From the NCBI GenBank assembly GCA_027460535.1, contig JAPZAR010000029.1:33735-65734 (forward strand): a DNA stretch of 32,000 nt, written 5' to 3'. The position numbers and the translations under genes were made by a program. The notes under the pieces were generated by a model that worked only from the letters and a program-made list of their open reading frames with translations, had not been told where the DNA came from and did no database searches. Below are positions 1 to 8,865 of this stretch, in pieces (positions within the stretch are counted from its first letter, which is position 1; the number at the start of each line of letters is the position of its first letter). The DNA comes from Candidatus Methanoperedens sp. Its GTDB lineage: Archaea; Halobacteriota; Methanosarcinia; Methanosarcinales; Methanoperedenaceae.

Positions 1-939
1 GCCCCTCTCGCCCATACAGACCGCAAGTCCGATATCGGCATGGTCGTAGCGCGCCGTGGCATTAAGAAGAGTCGAATATTCGGAGGCGTCCCTGACCTCG
101 GTCCCTTCTCGCTCCTGCAGCAATGTATAAACTTCGCCTACCAGCCTCTGGACATTGCGTGCCTGTAACCCGGAGGAAAGACAGAACTGGATAAGGGCAG
201 AAACTATCTGCTGCTTTTCATGAGCTTCAAGGTCGATCCACCGCCTCCATTTTTCACCATGCTGGCGTATGCCGATCTTTTTAAGGAATTCTATACTGGC
301 GTCTTCGTTTCCGGTGATTCCCGGAAGGTATGGGTCAGAGGAATATTGCAGCAGCTTGAAGATCGGTCTTGTCTGTTTGCCGAAAAGGAGCAGGTCTTTC
401 TCATGGCACAATACCCCGTACCTTGTCCCGTCATCCAGGATAGACCGGTTAGCGCCTATCAACTGTCCGTGCTTCATGTGCTGCAGGTCCCCAACAGCTC
501 CCACAATGGCAAGTGCGGCAAGGTCCCTGTTCTCGCCAAGCGATGATACCATGGTATATGTCACACCTGACCCGCTTATTTCATTCGCGCCGTTTATCCC
601 GAAAAGATGAGGATTCAGGTGGCGTTCATGCGTTCCATGAGGCTGGTGGTGGTCTGAGATCACAGCATTGATATTCAAAGAGCTTATTGCATCAAGCATT
701 CCGCTCCCCAAGTCGGTGAATACGACGAGTTCGGGGTTTTTATCTGCAATCTCTGTGAGCGCAGATATATCAAGCTGTTTTAAAAAACGGGTTTCGTATT
801 CGATGCCCGCCCTTTCAAGCGCTTTACACATTATGGCCGCAGATGTCAGGCCGTCTGCATCGATGTGTGACACCACGAGAGCAGAAGCGTGCTTCTTAAT
901 ATAATCCGCACATTGTTGGGCTCTCAATTGAAATGTCAT
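1..939 (-). CDS. RecJ-like DHH-family phosphoesterase / ssDNA exonuclease (archaeal RecJ/GAN type); N-terminal 313 codons, C-terminus lies beyond the window edge
   Basis: Absent from the ORF track because there is no stop inside the window. Hand translation from the ATG at 939-937 gives MTFQLRAQQCADYIKKHASALVVSHIDADGLTSAAIMCKALERAGIEYE...NAVISDHHQPHG...AIVGAVGDLQ. It carries DHH-family motifs (HxDxDG, DHH). The + strand ORFs at 220-904 are antisense shadows. Confidence 0.75.
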   Translation of the reverse strand, partial: MTFQLRAQQCADYIKKHASALVVSHIDADGLTSAAIMCKALERAGIEYETRFLKQLDISALTEIADKNPELVVFTDLGSGMLDAISSLNINAVISDHHQPHGTHERHLNPHLFGINGANEISGSGVTYTMVSSLGENRDLAALAIVGAVGDLQHMKHGQLIGANRSILDDGTRYGVLCHEKDLLLFGKQTRPIFKLLQYSSDPYLPGITGNEDASIEFLKKIGIRQHGEKWRRWIDLEAHEKQQIVSALIQFCLSSGLQARNVQRLVGEVYTLLQEREGTEVRDASEYSTLLNATARYDHADIGLAVCMGERG

Positions 940-995
940 ACGCGTTTTTATAGTTCGTTAATATATTAAACCATTTTGCCAGCAGGGGGAAAGTA

Positions 996-1460
996 TTACT
1001 TCAGGCTTTTAAGGTACCCTATGAGATCATTAAGGTCGCTGTCAGACATATGCCACACGGGCATGGGAGTATCAAGCGGTTCTCCGTCTTCGTCGATACC
1101 CTTCGTGATCGCACGTTTAATTAGGTCATCAGTATAATTTTCGCCCGCCAACGAGGAGTATCGTATATCAGGAGCATCGAATGTCCACATCATCATTCTT
1201 CCCCTCCCTCCTGTTCCATCAGGACCGTGGCACGCGGCACAGCTCATCATCCCTCCGCGCATTGTCATCGTCCCTATGGATGAGATTATAGCTTCTCCAG
1301 AATCGGTTGTAGCGGTGAAATAGATCCTCTCACCGTTGCTCTGGAAAGCCGTTGCCTGCCTGGTGTAATAAGATGGGGATCTGTAAGAGAGCAGGAAAAG
1401 ACCTATCATTCCTACAACAATAAGAATTATTGCGATCTGCAGGTTTCCCGGTTTTTTCAT
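996..1460 (-). CDS. membrane-anchored monohaem c-type cytochrome (class I-like)
   Basis: N-terminal TM helix (LQIAIILIVVGMIGLFLL) and a single CxxCH haem site (CAACH). The C-terminal PMPVWHMSDSDLNDLIGYLKSL is typical of class I cytochrome c. Its start overlaps the upstream gene's stop (ATGA at 1457-1460). Confidence 0.75.
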   Translation of the reverse strand: MKKPGNLQIAIILIVVGMIGLFLLSYRSPSYYTRQATAFQSNGERIYFTATTDSGEAIISSIGTMTMRGGMMSCAACHGPDGTGGRGRMMMWTFDAPDIRYSSLAGENYTDDLIKRAITKGIDEDGEPLDTPMPVWHMSDSDLNDLIGYLKSLK

Positions 1461-1699
1461 ACCAGGTCTTTCTTTTTCTCCTCGAATTCTTCCTTGTTTA
1501 TCTCACCGCGGGCGTATCTTTTCTTCAGAATTTCAAGGGCAGATTCTTGTTCTGTTTTAGCTCCACCATGTTCCCACAGATATTTGATGAGCAACACAAG
1601 ACCGATGAGCACCAATATCGAGAATATCAGCCCCAGGATCCAGTAACCTCCTCCCATCATTCCATAACCGTAACCGTCCATCATTCCTTGCATGATCAA
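1457..1699 (-). CDS. SHOCT-domain small membrane protein
   Basis: Gly/Met-rich N-terminus and one TM helix. The C-terminal LEILKKRYARGEINKEEFEEKKKDL matches the SHOCT motif. Translationally coupled to the cytochrome c gene. Confidence 0.7.
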   Translation of the reverse strand: MIMQGMMDGYGYGMMGGGYWILGLIFSILVLIGLVLLIKYLWEHGGAKTEQESALEILKKRYARGEINKEEFEEKKKDLV

Positions 1700-1805
1700 C
1701 CTCCACTAAGATAATTAATAATTGATTTAGTACTATAAAAAGACAGGGGCTGAAAGAAATATAAAAAAGGCAGGCGCTTGCCCACAGCGCCTTGTAATGC
1801 TAATA

Positions 1806-2657
1806 TTATTCGGTCACGAGAACATCCGGGGCTCGATGTCCTATCCTGCCAGCACTTTTTGCTTTTATCCCGCTGATCTTTTCATGCGCAAGTTCTGCCG
1901 CTTTCTTTCCCGCAAGGAGCATACCGCCAAAAGTGGGTCCCATTCGCGGCGCGCCATATGTTGAGGTGGCTGACATGCCTGCAACGATAAGACCGGGATA
2001 TATCTCATGTGTAAGCTCGACAGTCTGTTTTTCAGCCTCATCCACCCAGAGGGATCCGCAGCCTGGCGGCTCGGGAATATTTAATCTCTTTTGCTGCCAG
2101 AGACGCCTGACAAGGAAAGAATCGTGGCCTGTAGCATCTATTACCACTTTTGATCTTATCGCGATCGGATCCATGCAAGTAATGAATTTAGGCATCTGCT
2201 GCACGGGATACCACTGGATAACTACCCCTTCAACATGATCTTCCTTGAGGATCAAATCTTCTACGTTCGTGGAGTTCAGCAACTTCGCGCCGGCATCGCA
2301 CGCGCTTGCGAGCATTTTCGAGACCATCTCAAAAGAATCGCAGACATAGAGTCCTTCTTCCACTTCCTTGAGTCTCACACCGCACTCTTCAAGTATCTTG
2401 TGGGCCGGTGCTCTCACCGTATTTTTGGGCATGAGAAAACCTCCCTGCCACATGCCTCCGCCGCCGTAAATATTTCTCTCGATCATGACAGTCTTGTGTC
2501 CCAACTCAGCCGCATACTTTGCAGTTGCCACCCCGCACGGTCCCGAACCCACAATTACGATATCGCTATCAAGAATATTCTTTATAAAATCATCCAGGAA
2601 TTCATTTACTATTGTTTTCGTAACATGTATCTCACTAAGGCTTGTCATAAATTTCAC
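1806..2657 (-). CDS. thi4: thiazole synthase Thi4 (ADP-thiazole synthase)
   Basis: FAD/NAD dinucleotide fold IVIVGSGPCGVATAKYAA. GGGMWQGG, VIDATGHD and RMGPTFGGMLLAGKKAAE are collinear with archaeal and yeast Thi4 as I recall them. Confidence 0.9.
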   Translation of the reverse strand: MKFMTSLSEIHVTKTIVNEFLDDFIKNILDSDIVIVGSGPCGVATAKYAAELGHKTVMIERNIYGGGGMWQGGFLMPKNTVRAPAHKILEECGVRLKEVEEGLYVCDSFEMVSKMLASACDAGAKLLNSTNVEDLILKEDHVEGVVIQWYPVQQMPKFITCMDPIAIRSKVVIDATGHDSFLVRRLWQQKRLNIPEPPGCGSLWVDEAEKQTVELTHEIYPGLIVAGMSATSTYGAPRMGPTFGGMLLAGKKAAELAHEKISGIKAKSAGRIGHRAPDVLVTE

Positions 2658-2776
2658 CTATGTCAATAGGGCTTCTGCTGACCATAAACTTTTCTAAGGA
2701 GTACTGCAAGAAGCAGGAATAGGATTAAATAACAAGATTTATACAAAGGAAAAAAAATACTCCAATAGGTCGAAAA

Positions 2777-3145
2777 ATGGAAAATATCCCCCTCTATACC
2801 ATACTTTCAGGAAGTTCAGTTATCCTTTCCGTTCTTGGGCTATATTTTGTTGCAAAGATATGTGTAAGGTGGAAGAAAATGGATAAGGACGTTCTCAAAG
2901 CAAGGGTTTTTCTTAACAAGAAATTCCTGACAAAGAATTGGACATACGTCTTTCTTTCGGGAGCTTCCATGACGGTTCATCAGTCCATAGAATTCCTATC
3001 CTCATTATATCATGTCGCAGATATTCGTCTCGAAAGCATTTCCGAGATATTTGAGTTCATAACACTCGTATTCATCGTTGTGCTGGCATACGAATGGTAC
3101 AGGATAATTTACCTGGAAGACAAGCCCTTCTTATTTAGCGCATAA
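2777..3145 (+). CDS. hypothetical multi-pass membrane protein (paralog of 12276..12584)
   Basis: About 3 predicted TM helices. Ungapped similarity of about 13/41 identities to the 12.3-kb membrane ORF across [31 protein letters not shown]. Confidence 0.5.
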   Translation: MENIPLYTILSGSSVILSVLGLYFVAKICVRWKKMDKDVLKARVFLNKKFLTKNWTYVFLSGASMTVHQSIEFLSSLYHVADIRLESISEIFEFITLVFIVVLAYEWYRIIYLEDKPFLFSA

Positions 3146-5690
3146 TTACGATTACTGCACTTCCTACTTCAAGTACGTCCACAGCTTTTCCTTTTAACAG
3201 GATCTCTTTTTCCACCCTGAAGAATGACCCATCAAGGGTTATGTTATCACCTTCAACAAAAAGCGAGACACTGCCGGTTTCTGCATCCACCGGATCCGAG
3301 CGTGTAAGTGCTTCCACAATGGATTTTGCCCTATTCCTGTATGTCCTGCCCAGAACCTTCATATCTGGCTTGATCGCCACCGGCCTAAGGTCAAAGTCAG
3401 GGCTTCCTGTTCTAATTTTGATATCAGAATTAGTTACTCCTGCAATATCTGATGCGTCTGTTATGGAGGAGTATATCTCTATTTCCCCAAGAGGCGAATT
3501 CAAGGCCATGCCGTGCTCCGATTTATAGCGCCTTATTGCACCTGCCATTTCTTTTATCAATTCACCGGTCGCTTCTGCATCTGCATCGATAAGCGATTCA
3601 TCCGCTTCAGGCCATGCCTGAAGATGCACGCTTCCCTGATTCAGGTGCGAATATATCTCCTCGGAAAAATACGGCAAAAATGGTGCAAGAAGCCTTGATA
3701 ATGTGTCTATGGTGACATAGAGCGTATACTGGGCAGCCTGTTTTCCTTCTTTGTCGCCGTAAAGTCTTGATTTAGCTAGCTCAATATAATTATCTGCCAG
3801 GATATCCCAGGCGAACCCCCGTATTGCCTTAAAGGTTTCATCGAACTGGTAGGCATCCATTTTTTGTGTCGCTTCTTTCACAAGCCTGTTCAATTTGCTT
3901 AACAGCCACCTGTCAACTGGCGTAAGAGAAGCAGGTTCATCCGAAATGTGTGGCAAGGAAAATCGCATGATGCTCCATAGTTTCTGGAGGAATCTTGAAC
4001 CCGCTATTACATCCTTCCAAGAAAATATGATATCCGACCCAGTCGTGCCGCCAATAGCTGCCCATTGCCTGAACGCATCGGCGCCGTATTGCTTCATCAC
4101 TTCTTCCGGAACAACGAAGTTGTTTCTGGATTTGCTCATTTTATGGCCGTCTTCGCCAAGTACCATTCCGTTGAGCAGGATCGTGTCCCAGGGTTTTACA
4201 TCGAGAAGTGCTTTAGCCCTCAGGATGGTATAAAAAGACCATGTGCGGATAATATCATAACCCTGCGGACGAAGCTGTGCAGGCAAGAGCAGCGGATGCT
4301 CGCTCAGCCAGCCTGCAACATGCAGGGCAGATATGGATGAGTCCATCCAGGTGTCGAGTACATCCTCTTCTCCTTTCCACTTCGTGGAACCGCATTCGCA
4401 TGCTTCGGGCGGGTCTTTCTGTGTAGGGTCAAGCGGCAGCCATTCCTCTTTTGCGACTTTCGTTTTACCGCAACCTGCGCAGTACCATGCGGGAATAGGC
4501 GTGGCAAATATCCTCTGTCTTGATATACACCAGTCCCACTCCATGGTGCCAGTCCAGTTCTCCAGACGCACTTTCATATAATCCGGAACCCATGTTATCT
4601 CGTTCGCGGTATTCAGGATATCCTCGGAGATAATCTTAACGAACCACTGTTTTTCAGAGAGTATCTCGATAGGCGTTTTGCAGCGCCAGCACAGGCCAAC
4701 GTTCTGGTCGAGTTTTTCTTGTTTGTAGAGAATGCCGGATTCTCTCATGTCCATGATTATGGCTTTCTTGCATTCTTCAGTCGCTAATCCTGCATATTTG
4801 CCTGCAAGTTCGGTCATCTTGCCGGTCTTATCGATGGCTTTACGCAGGGGCAGATTGTGTTCAACCCACCACCTCACATCCTGCTTGTCGCCAAAGGTGC
4901 ATATCATTACCACTCCCGTACCAAAGGAGGGATCGACGTTCTTATCAGAGATTACCTTGACTCTATGGCCGAATACTGGCACTTTTATCTCTGATCCAAC
5001 ATATTCGCGATATCTATTATCATCAGGATTTACCGCCACAGCCACGCAGGCAGCAAGCAGTTCCGGACGCGTGGTGGCGATTTTTAGTTTATCGAAGTTA
5101 AGGTAATTCAGGATGGTGTCTCGAGCATCGTATTCGACTTCTGCAAATGCGATAGCTGTCTCGCAGCGCGGGCACCAGTTCACAGGATGGTTCTGCTGGT
5201 ATATCCTGCCGCTGTTGTACATCTGCACGAAAGACCTCTGCGTTTTTCCAAAATACGCCGGTTCCATTGTAATGTACTCATTGCTCCAGTCGATGGAAAA
5301 ACCAAGGCGGCGCAGGCTTTTTCTCATGCGTTCGATGTTCTTCGTCGTGAGTTCGACGCACAGGCGGCGGAATTCCTCACGCGAGACCTGGCTCTTCGTG
5401 ATACCATGCGCCTCTTCCACTTTCACTTCTGTGGGCAGCCCGTGGCAGTCCCAGCCTTCGGGGAACATCACATTGTATCCGCGCATCCTTTTATAGCGCG
5501 CCACGAAATCGATATAGCACCAGTTCAGCGCATTGCCGATGTGGAAATTCCCTGTAGGATACGGTGGAGGCGTATCGATTATGAACCCGGGTTTTTTTGA
5601 ATCCCAATCAAAATAATACATGGAGTCGGGCCATGCATCCATCCATTTTTCTTCGATCGCGTTGCAATCGTATTCTTTCGGGAGTTCCAT
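3135..5690 (-). CDS. valS: valyl-tRNA synthetase
   Basis: 851 aa class Ia aaRS. HIGH-type motif [16 protein letters not shown], exact KMSKS ([11 protein letters not shown]) and CP1 editing-domain region. N-terminus and length fit archaeal ValRS. Confidence 0.92.
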   Translation of the reverse strand: MELPKEYDCNAIEEKWMDAWPDSMYYFDWDSKKPGFIIDTPPPYPTGNFHIGNALNWCYIDFVARYKRMRGYNVMFPEGWDCHGLPTEVKVEEAHGITKSQVSREEFRRLCVELTTKNIERMRKSLRRLGFSIDWSNEYITMEPAYFGKTQRSFVQMYNSGRIYQQNHPVNWCPRCETAIAFAEVEYDARDTILNYLNFDKLKIATTRPELLAACVAVAVNPDDNRYREYVGSEIKVPVFGHRVKVISDKNVDPSFGTGVVMICTFGDKQDVRWWVEHNLPLRKAIDKTGKMTELAGKYAGLATEECKKAIIMDMRESGILYKQEKLDQNVGLCWRCKTPIEILSEKQWFVKIISEDILNTANEITWVPDYMKVRLENWTGTMEWDWCISRQRIFATPIPAWYCAGCGKTKVAKEEWLPLDPTQKDPPEACECGSTKWKGEEDVLDTWMDSSISALHVAGWLSEHPLLLPAQLRPQGYDIIRTWSFYTILRAKALLDVKPWDTILLNGMVLGEDGHKMSKSRNNFVVPEEVMKQYGADAFRQWAAIGGTTGSDIIFSWKDVIAGSRFLQKLWSIMRFSLPHISDEPASLTPVDRWLLSKLNRLVKEATQKMDAYQFDETFKAIRGFAWDILADNYIELAKSRLYGDKEGKQAAQYTLYVTIDTLSRLLAPFLPYFSEEIYSHLNQGSVHLQAWPEADESLIDADAEATGELIKEMAGAIRRYKSEHGMALNSPLGEIEIYSSITDASDIAGVTNSDIKIRTGSPDFDLRPVAIKPDMKVLGRTYRNRAKSIVEALTRSDPVDAETGSVSLFVEGDNITLDGSFFRVEKEILLKGKAVDVLEVGSAVIVIMR

Positions 5691-5951
5691 AACTCTCGCT
5701 CTGATAACTTACATTGTTAATAGAATTATCGGTTTTTAGTGACTGTTTCAATTCGTGGTGGTAGTTATCCTGAAATCAATACCTTGTATCTAAAAACAAT
5801 ACCGATAAGATGAGTTATTTCTTGGTTTTACTATTAATTTATGCGCTAAGTAAAAATTTTACACAACCATCACAAAATCCATCTCTCGATCCCGGTCAAT
5901 TATAATGAATTGTAGTTACGGTTATAATTTTCTGTTCTTCAAGAATCCTTT

Positions 5952-6884
5952 TTAGAAGTTATGTATCTCTCTATGCTTTTTGAGGTAAGTTTTGTCTGGA
6001 ATGTATTTTATAGGCATTCTAATCTTCTTCCCATTTAAATCAGAAATAGCGGTTGCAAGTATACTACTCTTCGGCTTAAATGACTTTGTCACAATTACTT
6101 CATATTGATCAGAAATGGAGATTAACCCATTTTCGAAAGCGACATCATGGAGAACACAGAGACAAATACCGTTTGTAGGATATGACGCTATTTTTATATC
6201 CTTGCTTACTGGCACAACGTGGCAACCTCTCAAAAACTGCCCATCATCAACATCGCACATGGCACACTTACTTTGATAACACTCTAATAGTATATTACGA
6301 AAAGCCTGTTGAAAATTTCTGGTTTTAACCTTTCTCTCCGAAAATGTAGCACCCTTCCTTATACCTTCTTCATATTCCTGAATAATTTTGTCTTTTTTCA
6401 CGACGTTCCATATTCCTAGCCCTCGCACCTTTTGTTCTGTTAAGGGCATGACGGTTGACAACCAACCCTCTTGTTTATTGATTTTTTTTAGTTCTGTGCC
6501 CAGCCAGTTAACATGTAACGTGTGCTTATAGTCAACCGGTATAGGATTATAATAATATTCATCATCCACCTTACCAATCCCTGCAATTTCTTTTTGCCCT
6601 TTGTTAGCAATTATAATATCTCCCTTTTTAACATTTCTGAAGTCCAAAAGTTGTTGAGCATCTCGTGTTAGACGGGTTTTATAATTAGGGGCTGTGTAAT
6701 AAGTATAATACGTTCGTAGTCTATCTTTAATTTGGTCTAAACTTAATTCTGATAAATCGCCGACCTTGGACCAGCCCATTGCAATTTTTTTCTCTTCAAT
6801 GCAAATAGACCATTGCCTTTCCCAACCTCTGTGATCCCTTCCCCAATTCGACGGGGAGATTTTCAAATAGCGAATATCTTTCAT
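5952..6884 (-). CDS. PUA/EVE-like N-terminal domain fused to HNH nuclease; putative modification-dependent (type IV) restriction endonuclease
   Basis: The C-terminal CAMCDVDDGQFLRGCHVVPVS...NGICLCVLHDVAFENGLISI fits the HNH_2-type pattern (CxxC...H..P...N..L....H..F..G). The N-terminal YLKISPSNW...IAMGWSKVGDLS...VKKGDIIIANKGQKEIAGIGKV resembles EVE/McrB-N-like reader modules. The gene is very AT-rich (19 of 60 G+C in the line starting at 6001). Confidence 0.6.
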   Translation of the reverse strand: MKDIRYLKISPSNWGRDHRGWERQWSICIEEKKIAMGWSKVGDLSELSLDQIKDRLRTYYTYYTAPNYKTRLTRDAQQLLDFRNVKKGDIIIANKGQKEIAGIGKVDDEYYYNPIPVDYKHTLHVNWLGTELKKINKQEGWLSTVMPLTEQKVRGLGIWNVVKKDKIIQEYEEGIRKGATFSERKVKTRNFQQAFRNILLECYQSKCAMCDVDDGQFLRGCHVVPVSKDIKIASYPTNGICLCVLHDVAFENGLISISDQYEVIVTKSFKPKSSILATAISDLNGKKIRMPIKYIPDKTYLKKHREIHNF

Positions 6885-7083
6885 TTTAAACCCGCAATTA
6901 TTTGGAACCTCACTAATAAAAGTCTATTGAAACATAAATCTTATCACAATAGGATTTTCAGGTATTTTTGGGATTCCTCTATCGAGATTTACATAAAATC
7001 CCTATAGATACCGAAAAAAATTCGCTATGCAACCCATCCTTAGTGTAATTTTTACGACCAATTTTGACAATCTACTAATCACC

Positions 7084-7440
7084 CTCACGCAAAATTCAGA
7101 CGAGCGCCCATTGGCCCGGCGCGCCCGATGAATCGGGTGTGGTTGGGCGACCCTGCGAACTGCGCAGAGTCGTGGGGTATGTTTCCACGTTTGAAATTGT
7201 TCACGAAAAAAGGATGCCCGAAACCTCAGAGATACTCCGCTCACGCAAAAGAATATCCGCAGGGTGCCTCAGGTAAAGGAACTTGCGCCCTTTGTGGTGA
7301 TTGTCGATACCCACATGAACTGTGTTCACAAATCCAATGAAAAAGATAGAACACAGATTCCACGGATAACACGGATTGGCACGGATTAAAGATATCCGTG
7401 AATATCCGTCGAATCCGTGTCATCCGTGTTCCCTGCCTCA
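7084..7440. repeat. GC-rich non-coding island with CTCACGCAAAA direct repeats and a phased inverted array of CACGGAT/ATCCGTG heptamers
   Basis: CTCACGCAAAA occurs at 7084-7094 and 7240-7250. CAC(A/G)GAT starts at 7352, 7361, 7370 and 7380. ATCCGT(G/C) starts at 7394, 7404, 7413 and 7422, symmetric about ~7390. Track ORFs here are overlapping, Arg/Cys/Pro-rich and look non-coding. Confidence 0.65.
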
Positions 7441-7546
7441 TTGGCAGCACTTTTTCATAGCAGAAGTAAGCAAAAAATAAATAATCTACCAGCCCGTAAC
7501 GGTATCGGTTTTTACAGGATTCTAATCAACTATACCCTGCAATTCA

Positions 7547-7876
7547 TCATGCTTCATACTCATGCCCCGTCACAATATTCACATCCTGGATCGTTATCAG
7601 TTCGTTCTTTGTCATTTTCTTAATTTCAGGAAGAACAGCCATCAACCTATCTTCGGTATCCACCACCTCGATGATTATCGGAAGGTCTTCGCTCAAGCGC
7701 ATGATGCTTGGGGTATGGATGATGCTGTGCACACCATATCCTTCAAAACCCCGGAATACCGTTGCGCCTGCTATACCTTTGCGTCTTAGATATTCAATAA
7801 TCGCATGATATGTTGGCTTACCCTCCTGCCTGTTTGACTCTCCAAGGTATATCCGCAACATTTTTGCTTTCATCAT
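7547..7876 (-). CDS. DUF190 (UPF0166) PII-like protein, commonly linked to crcB
   Basis: MLRIYLGESNRQEGKPTYHAIIEYLRRKGIAGATVFRGFEGYG matches the DUF190 pattern. It lies immediately downstream of two crcB genes on the same strand. Confidence 0.8.
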   Translation of the reverse strand: MMKAKMLRIYLGESNRQEGKPTYHAIIEYLRRKGIAGATVFRGFEGYGVHSIIHTPSIMRLSEDLPIIIEVVDTEDRLMAVLPEIKKMTKNELITIQDVNIVTGHEYEA

Positions 7877-7899
7877 TCCTCCATAATTCCTTTACAAAC

Positions 7900-8247
7900 T
7901 TACATTACCATCAATTTACCTGCAATTACACCGCCACCGCACAGGATCAGGCTCAACAATATGTTAGCAGCAAAAATCCGGGACTCACCACGTTCAAGCA
8001 GCCGGAAGCTCTCATAGCTGAATGTTGAAAACGTTGTAAATCCTCCAAGTATGCCTGCATCTGCAAAATATGGCAGCGGGTTTGAGCCGTACGTTATTAT
8101 GGAAAGCAGGGCGGAACCTGTAAAATTCACGAGCAGGGTTCCCGTGGGCAGGTCTTTCCAGACCGGGAATATTCCGGAAACAATATACCTGAGAATAGCT
8201 CCAAGCGCGCCTCCTGCCCCAACAAGAAGGATAAGTGCAATGTTCAT
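7900..8247 (-). CDS. crcB: fluoride ion channel CrcB/Fluc, subunit 2
   Basis: I take the start at the internal Met (MNIALILLVGAGGALGAILRY), codon 51 of track ORF 7900..8397. GGFTTFSTFSYE signature. Its ATG overlaps the stop of the upstream crcB (ATGA at 8244-8247). Confidence 0.85.
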   Translation of the reverse strand: MNIALILLVGAGGALGAILRYIVSGIFPVWKDLPTGTLLVNFTGSALLSIITYGSNPLPYFADAGILGGFTTFSTFSYESFRLLERGESRIFAANILLSLILCGGGVIAGKLMVM

Positions 8248-8600
8248 GTTCCCAGCCCCTTCATTGCCATGGCTCGTCCGGCAAAAACCGCGAAAAGGCA
8301 GGCAATTATATTTGCAGATATATTCCATGCAGCAGGTGCTGCGGAATATTGAAGTGTCTGCAGCATGAAAGTCGAAAATGTTGTTAAGCCCCCGCAAAAA
8401 CCTATCCCGGCAAGGTATCTTTCCCTCTCGCTGAAAAAACCAAGTTCAGTTCCGTACATCAGGTAACCAAGGATGAAACTTCCGAGGACATTGACAATTA
8501 AGGTACCCCCCACTCCCTGAAAATACTGGAAAATAAGTTCCCTCAAAGCAGAACCCAAAAACCCACCAATGATGATGTAAGAAAATCTCGTTTTTTCCAT
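8244..8600 (-). CDS. crcB: fluoride ion channel CrcB/Fluc, subunit 1
   Basis: 118 aa, 4 TM helices, GFCGGLTTFSTF signature. Confidence 0.88.
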   Translation of the reverse strand: MEKTRFSYIIIGGFLGSALRELIFQYFQGVGGTLIVNVLGSFILGYLMYGTELGFFSERERYLAGIGFCGGLTTFSTFMLQTLQYSAAPAAWNISANIIACLFAVFAGRAMAMKGLGT

Positions 8601-8685
8601 TTTTTCGCTTGTTTATATTTTAAATAAATAATTTCCATTGTGTCTGCCACCTTACGGAATGGAGCAGAATCGTATTGTTTTATAA

Positions 8686-8772
8686 CGGGCGCGGAGGGAA
8701 TTGAACCCCCGACCTACAGCTTGCTCCTTAGAAATTAGGAGGCTGCCGCCATATCCTCTAGGCCACGCGCCC
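8686..8772 (-). tRNA. tRNA-Arg (anticodon CCU) with a ~14-nt intron at the canonical 37/38 position
   Basis: Hand fold of the reverse complement: acceptor GGGCGCG/CGCGCCC, D arm GCC..GGC, anticodon stem GCAGC/GCUGU, loop CUCCUAA, T arm GGGGG-UUCAAUU-CCCUC, discriminator G. The intron (~8722-8735) contains AGGAG complementary to the CUCCU anticodon region. Mature length is 73 nt. Confidence 0.85.
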
Positions 8773-8865
8773 TCTGGTTCGCTCCTAAATATCAGTGTGT
8801 TATCTTTAACTTATCGCCTTTATGAAAGAAAGGGTTAAGTATATTTGTGCTTATTCAAAGGCAAT

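Noticed and set aside
220-904. Three + strand ORFs (108, 113 and 78 aa)
   Set aside because: They lie antisense to a continuous minus-strand reading frame with clear DHH/RecJ motifs, have no recognisable motifs themselves, and overlap each other.
2658-2776. Possible TPP riboswitch upstream of thi4
   Set aside because: Reading the minus-strand leader I could not find the conserved CUGAGA / ACCUGAUCUGGAUAAUGCCAGCG-type core. The region is simply AT-rich promoter sequence.
3241-5600. Multiple + strand ORFs inside valS, and similar antisense ORFs inside deoA, phaA, the SDRs, egsA, the FIST gene and the cyclase
   Set aside because: These are shadow ORFs opposite long, motif-rich genes. None has independent support.
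7084-7440. Replication origin (ORB/mini-ORB) interpretation of the heptamer island
   Set aside because: No cdc6/orc1 gene is nearby, no long AT-rich unwinding element lies between the repeats, and the heptamers do not resemble the ORB consensus as I recall it. I keep it only as a generic protein-binding-array hypothesis.
7002-7623. Track ORFs 7002..7244(-), 7128..7340(+), 7241..7450(-) and 7417..7623(+) as protein genes
   Set aside because: They mutually overlap on both strands and are Arg/Cys/Pro-rich low-complexity. Most coincide with the repeat island; the last also overlaps DUF190. They are better explained as non-coding repeats.
8601-8686. Possible fluoride riboswitch upstream of crcB
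   Set aside because: No match to the remembered crcB-motif core (GAUGG.AUUC ... CUGAUGAUGCCUAC). Only a 5-bp hairpin is present.
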